Virus record (IMG/VR): IMGVR_UViG_3300011646_000014
Span: 44,947-64,946 of that record
Source of the DNA: an uncultured virus (IMG/VR IMGVR_UViG_3300011646_000014)
Taxonomy: Duplodnaviria > Heunggongvirae > Uroviricota > Caudoviricetes
DNA length: 20,000 nt
Strand: one strand, 5' to 3'
The notes under the pieces were generated by a model. That model was given only the letters and a program-made list of their open reading frames with translations. It searched no databases and was not told the origin of the DNA. Both the position numbers and the translations under genes were made by a program. Every line of letters starts with the position of its first letter. Position 1 is the stretch's first letter. Below are positions 16,517 through 20,000 of the stretch, in pieces.

Positions 16517-16954
16517 TTATGCCGCTTCAAGCATCAAATACTTCTTAATTTCATTAATCGCTTCATCTGCACCAAAACAAACTTTGCACATATAGCCTTG
16601 AGCCTCTAATCGCTGAATCATGATTTGCTGGCTTGGCTGCAACTTCCCTTTTTGTGCTTTCAATTCAATCCATAACCCATGAGCTTGACCATTAGGAACA
16701 ATGAGCTGTAAATCTGGTACACCTGCCTTTACTCCCATCTTTTTAAGCTTCGTCGCTTCAATGATATTTCTTGACCCACCATTGGGAATGTGAAATAAAT
16801 AATCACTCAACCGTCCGTCTTTGAACTTCACTCGATGCGCCCATGACATGACTGTAATTTGTTCCTGGTCTTCTGTTGGCACACGATTGAACTTCTTAGA
16901 ACGCGCAATCTTTTTTGATTGAATGCGTTGAGCGTCTTTGAATGTTGTGTTCAT
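16517..16954 (-). CDS. VRR-NUC domain nuclease
   Basis: 'TEDQEQ', 'FHIPNGG.R', 'GVKAGVPDL', 'WIELK...G.L...Q'. Confidence 0.92.
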   Translation of the reverse strand: MNTTFKDAQRIQSKKIARSKKFNRVPTEDQEQITVMSWAHRVKFKDGRLSDYLFHIPNGGSRNIIEATKLKKMGVKAGVPDLQLIVPNGQAHGLWIELKAQKGKLQPSQQIMIQRLEAQGYMCKVCFGADEAINEIKKYLMLEAA

Positions 16955-17175
16955 GCTTCACCCACTCTTTCAATAACTGTCTTGATGGCTTTCAAAGTCA
17001 TATCCTGATCAACTGGATTAATCAAAAGATTTTCGATTGCTTCGCATTTGCGTTTATATTTTTCAGCTCTTGCCGCATGATGCTTATATTTCTTATCAAG
17101 ACCCTCATTAAATTGAAGCAATTCAGCGTGCTCTTTTTGAAGCTGCTCAAGTGTCATCTGCATGTATTCGCTCAT
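16951..17175 (-). CDS. Hypothetical coiled-coil protein
   Basis: ATGA overlaps with both neighbours. Confidence 0.7.
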   Translation of the reverse strand: MSEYMQMTLEQLQKEHAELLQFNEGLDKKYKHHAARAEKYKRKCEAIENLLINPVDQDMTLKAIKTVIERVGEA

Positions 17176-17636
17176 ACTTCACCGCCTTTGAGTGCTTGCG
17201 CTAAAGACTTAAATGTTCGAATCATGGCCATTTGTAGAAACTCATGATTACCACGCATATCCTCCTCCACATACCGTGAAGCATGTTGAGTCTCTTTTAA
17301 TGCTGCATCCACCCGCGCCTGCAACTCATCAACTTTCGCATTAGCTAAAACGAAAGATCGTTCCATTGCTGCAATAGTGAAATTCCTTCCTTCTATTTGT
17401 TTTAGTTTTTCCTGAATAATATTTTTCACTCCCTTCTTGTAAGCAGCATGATCAAGTCTCAATTTCTCATTATTTTGATTAAGTTCATCAATCTGCTTTT
17501 GCTGTTCTTGCCACCCAACAACAAAAAACGAGTAGCACATTCTTGTTGGTTGAGATGAATATTCACCTGTTTCATCTTTACTGAGATCAACACATGAATT
17601 ACTGAATACTCTCTCAAACGCTTCACGACTATTCAT
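17172..17636 (-). CDS. Hypothetical phage protein
   Basis: 'REAFE' start, 'W.EQQ..IDEL', C-terminal 'ALKGGE' typical of nin-region small genes. Confidence 0.7.
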   Translation of the reverse strand: MNSREAFERVFSNSCVDLSKDETGEYSSQPTRMCYSFFVVGWQEQQKQIDELNQNNEKLRLDHAAYKKGVKNIIQEKLKQIEGRNFTIAAMERSFVLANAKVDELQARVDAALKETQHASRYVEEDMRGNHEFLQMAMIRTFKSLAQALKGGEV

Positions 17637-17639
17637 TTC

Positions 17640-17780
17640 TTAATTCCTTTTAAAGCTCATAACAGAGCAATGATATTGATCTCTACTTATCCAAAAATTA
17701 GCCCACTCTGGCGCACCATCTAATACCTCTCTCGCTCTATCAATCCCTTTCTCTGCTACAAATTTATGTACGTTAGTCAT
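17640..17780 (-). CDS. Small hypothetical protein (46 aa, possibly truncated)
   Basis: Manual translation MTNVHKFVAEKGIDRAREVLDGAPEWANFWISRDQYHCSVMSFKRN*; GAGGGG RBS; fills the gap between neighbours. Confidence 0.6.
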   Translation of the reverse strand: MTNVHKFVAEKGIDRAREVLDGAPEWANFWISRDQYHCSVMSFKRN

Positions 17781-18117
17781 GACTTACCCCCTCAATCGCT
17801 CTCATCCCCTTTTTCATCATTTCAAATTGGGTTTTAGAGCATGGTGTTTTTCGATTTTTGATTAACCCTATCTTTGTGCTCGAACAATTCATGTAATTCG
17901 CCAAATCCAAAGTTCGACCTAATTTCGCATCTAGCCAGTCACTTAGTTCTTTTGCTTGTTCTTCGGTTAATCTCGGCATCTGAGTTTGAGTTTTTGCCCT
18001 GCCACGCAACTTGACTTCCCGATTATTAAACTTTTGCTTCGGTGCAATACCAGTGAATCCCTGAATCACTGTAATTTTGTTGCCCTGTGCCAACCATTCT
18101 TCTACTGACATGCTCAT
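17773..18117 (-). CDS. Hypothetical protein with C-terminal HTH-like motif
   Basis: 'VEEWLAQGNKITVI' N-terminus; 'LANYMNCSSTKIGLIKN' HTH-like. Confidence 0.65.
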   Translation of the reverse strand: MSMSVEEWLAQGNKITVIQGFTGIAPKQKFNNREVKLRGRAKTQTQMPRLTEEQAKELSDWLDAKLGRTLDLANYMNCSSTKIGLIKNRKTPCSKTQFEMMKKGMRAIEGVSHD

Positions 18118-18362
18118 GCGGCTTTACCTCGCTCGTGAAAGGATTTCTTTTGATAACTGCCCTTAGCTCTGGTTTTGCGATACACATTGTCATAACAACC
18201 CTTGCAAGCTGAATCAGGGCGATGAACCACAGTTCCGTCCTTGAGCTTGTCTTTAATCATGTACCAGAACTCAGAATCGGCAGGCCAATACTCTTGACAG
18301 TGCTTGCAGAACTTTTCTTTGCCCAATTCGGTTTCGATGAAAGTTGGATTGTTGTTTTTCAT
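18114..18362 (-). CDS. Small Cys4 zinc-finger protein
   Basis: CKHC...FW...CKGC; ATGA overlap with dnaB stop. Confidence 0.7.
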   Translation of the reverse strand: MKNNNPTFIETELGKEKFCKHCQEYWPADSEFWYMIKDKLKDGTVVHRPDSACKGCYDNVYRKTRAKGSYQKKSFHERGKAA

Positions 18363-19610
18363 GCCGCACCGCCTTGCGCTTCATTCACACTCATAAAGCG
18401 ACAAATGTCCAAACGATCAATCACACGCACCACACCGCGCTTACCATGGCGGTTTTTAACAACACACAGCTCCGTAACACCTGTTGGAAGGTCTTCATTG
18501 TCTGAAATTGGATTAGCCAAAACAATCTGATCTGCATCTTGCTCAATCTGCCCAGATTCTTTGATGTCAGATGCCTTAGGTCTTTTGCTTTTTTCTGCAT
18601 CACGGTTTAATTGCACAAGCGCAATTACTGGGCATTTAAACTCCTTGGCCATCGATTTGAGTTCACGGCTAATTGAGCTAACTTCCTGATAGCGGTCTTT
18701 TTTGCTTGGGTCGCGTACTAACTGCAAGTAGTCGACAACAATGCAGCCCAGACGCTTATATTTGCGTTTAGCTTTACGTGCGTATGAGTGAATCTCAGCA
18801 ATTGTTGGCTTTTGCTTGTCTTCAATGTGAATTGGCAATCGCTTGAATTGATCATTAGCGCGAGCAAAGTCTTGAAGCATTCCGTCGTATAGCTCGGCGT
18901 TGTGAATGTTGTCGTATGGAATATCGGTCAATGCTGAGATACATCGATTTGTCAGTGTTTCAACGTCCATTTCTGCCGAGATGAACAAAACGGCTTCTTC
19001 ATGCCTGAATGCGGTTTGCAAAGCCAGCATTTGAGCGAGTGTAGACTTACCTGAACCCGGGCGGCCGCCAATCACGCAAAAATGACCCTTTTGGATCGTT
19101 CCGATCAAGCTATCCAGATGTTTAAGATTAAACTGTACGCCTGTGAATGTTTTTTTTGCTCTAGCTTCAGCTTTCTCAATCAATCGTGTGCTTGCACGAT
19201 CCAGTGCTTCTTCAAAAGTGAAACTTGATTTTTCAACCTTGTCTGACGCTGTAGATCCATCAAGAAGATTTTCGGCAGCAATGTGAACATCAGGGATTGT
19301 TAAGTCTTGCGCGATCTGTGCAATGCTCTCTCCAATTTTTTGCACTTCTCGATGCGATTTAAATTTGTTGAGTTCAGCAGCATAGGTACTCAGGTTGTAA
19401 AAACTTGATGGCGAATCTTGTAGCAATCTCACAAGATATTCTTCACCGCCAATCAGATGCAGTACATTTTCCTGTTTGAGTTTTTGCTCAACCATTACCG
19501 CATCGTACGGCTTACACTCTGTAGCAAGTTGCGATACTGCTTTGAATATTTGTTTGTGTCGTTCAGAGAAGAAACAATCTGCATCAAGATCACCGCTCAC
19601 GACTTCGAAT
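18359..19610 (-). pseudogene. dnaB: Replicative helicase DnaB, 5'-truncated
   Basis: Walker A GRPGSGKST, SAEM, Walker B IVVDYLQL, LVQLNR, SGQIEQDAD, KNRHG; the usual N-terminal E..VL..LM helix and native start are missing, and the ORF-track start at 19633 lies in unrelated sequence. Confidence 0.8.
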
Positions 19611-19732
19611 TTTGGCCTTGGAATGAACAACACTGGAAACCAAAAAGTCCACGTGAAGATTTGGTAAGAGCTGCCGCTCTATTGATTGCTGAAATTGAAC
19701 GTATTGATCGCAAAGAAGCTGAAGGAGGTTGA
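19600..19732 (+). pseudogene. 3' remnant of a phage early-left gene
   Basis: 'FWPWNEQHWKPKSPREDLVRAAALLIAEIERIDR' matches the common phage WPW...WKP...R.DLVKA.ALI.AEIER.DR C-terminus; upstream part of the ORF is only antisense dnaB. Confidence 0.75.
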
Positions 19733-19733
19733 T

Positions 19734-20000
19734 GTGAAAATTAGATTAGAGGAAATGACTCAACAAGATAAAGATGATCGTTTGAATCGGTTTCTAACTG
19801 CACCAGAGCAACAACTTTTCCCTCAAGAAGATGTTGCGATTTACTTAGCATGTTCAACACATACACTTCAAAGGCTGCGCTGCACCGGCGGTGGAATTCC
19901 TTACTCAAAAGTGGGTCGCAGCGTTGCATATAAGAAAGCAGATGTGCTCAGGTTTCAGCAGAAGCAAACAGTAATGAATACAGCTCAACTTGCTTCTTAG
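19734..20000 (+). CDS. Excisionase-like HTH DNA-binding protein
   Basis: GGAGG SD then GTG at 19734; 'VAIYLACSTHTLQRLRCTGGGIPYSKVGRSVAYKKADV' MerR/Xis-type winged HTH; 88 aa. Confidence 0.8.
   Translation: MKIRLEEMTQQDKDDRLNRFLTAPEQQLFPQEDVAIYLACSTHTLQRLRCTGGGIPYSKVGRSVAYKKADVLRFQQKQTVMNTAQLAS

Larger units (their letters stand above)
1..20000. mobile_element. Prophage (lambdoid early/Q region with Mu-like head/neck and siphovirus-type tail genes), probably defective
   Basis: Contiguous co-oriented terminase, portal, MuF, protease, capsid, neck and tail genes plus DnaB, NinB, Q-like and xis-like genes; extends beyond both window edges. Confidence 0.97.

Noticed and set aside
1148..18603. 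Many + strand and alternative-frame ORFs in the track (e.g. 1148..1411, 3304..3657, 10461..10754, 11399..11761, 15014..15337, 18222..18530)
   Set aside because: Shadows of well-supported minus-strand genes with no recognisable motifs
19457..19600. N-terminal part of the 91-aa + strand ORF and the 19476..19667 ORF
   Set aside because: Antisense to conserved dnaB codons; only the part after ~19600 resembles a real protein
1..20000. CRISPR array, tRNA/rRNA or IS element
   Set aside because: No regularly spaced repeats, cloverleaf-like sequence or transposase seen by eye

Overview
The window lies inside a temperate prophage, probably from Acinetobacter/Moraxellaceae judging by protein resemblance recalled from memory (no search was run). 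Almost everything is on the minus strand. From right to left it reads: a 5'-truncated DnaB helicase, small early/nin-type genes, VRR-NUC, a Q-like antiterminator with a candidate late promoter and terminator, NinB, nuclease and metallopeptidase genes, terS/terL, a Mu gp29-like portal, a MuF protein with a degenerate ADP-ribosyltransferase-like tail, protease/scaffold, lambda D/E-like decoration and capsid proteins, Mu gp36/gpG/gp37-like neck genes, tail tube and tail chaperone. An AT-rich accessory (moron) cluster follows at 1-2835. Two things stand out. (1) The moron has its own sigma70-like promoter and encodes an RsbW/SpoIIAB-like GHKL kinase with an N-terminal STAS-like domain, a stand-alone STAS-like (DUF4325-type) protein with a candidate phospho-Ser motif, and a membrane-anchored unknown protein. 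This is a candidate partner-switching signalling or anti-phage system. (2) A junction at ~19600-19612 fuses the 5' end of dnaB back-to-back to the 3' end of an oppositely oriented early gene just upstream of an excisionase-like gene. This implies that the immunity and replication-initiation region has been lost while the virion genes in view remain intact.
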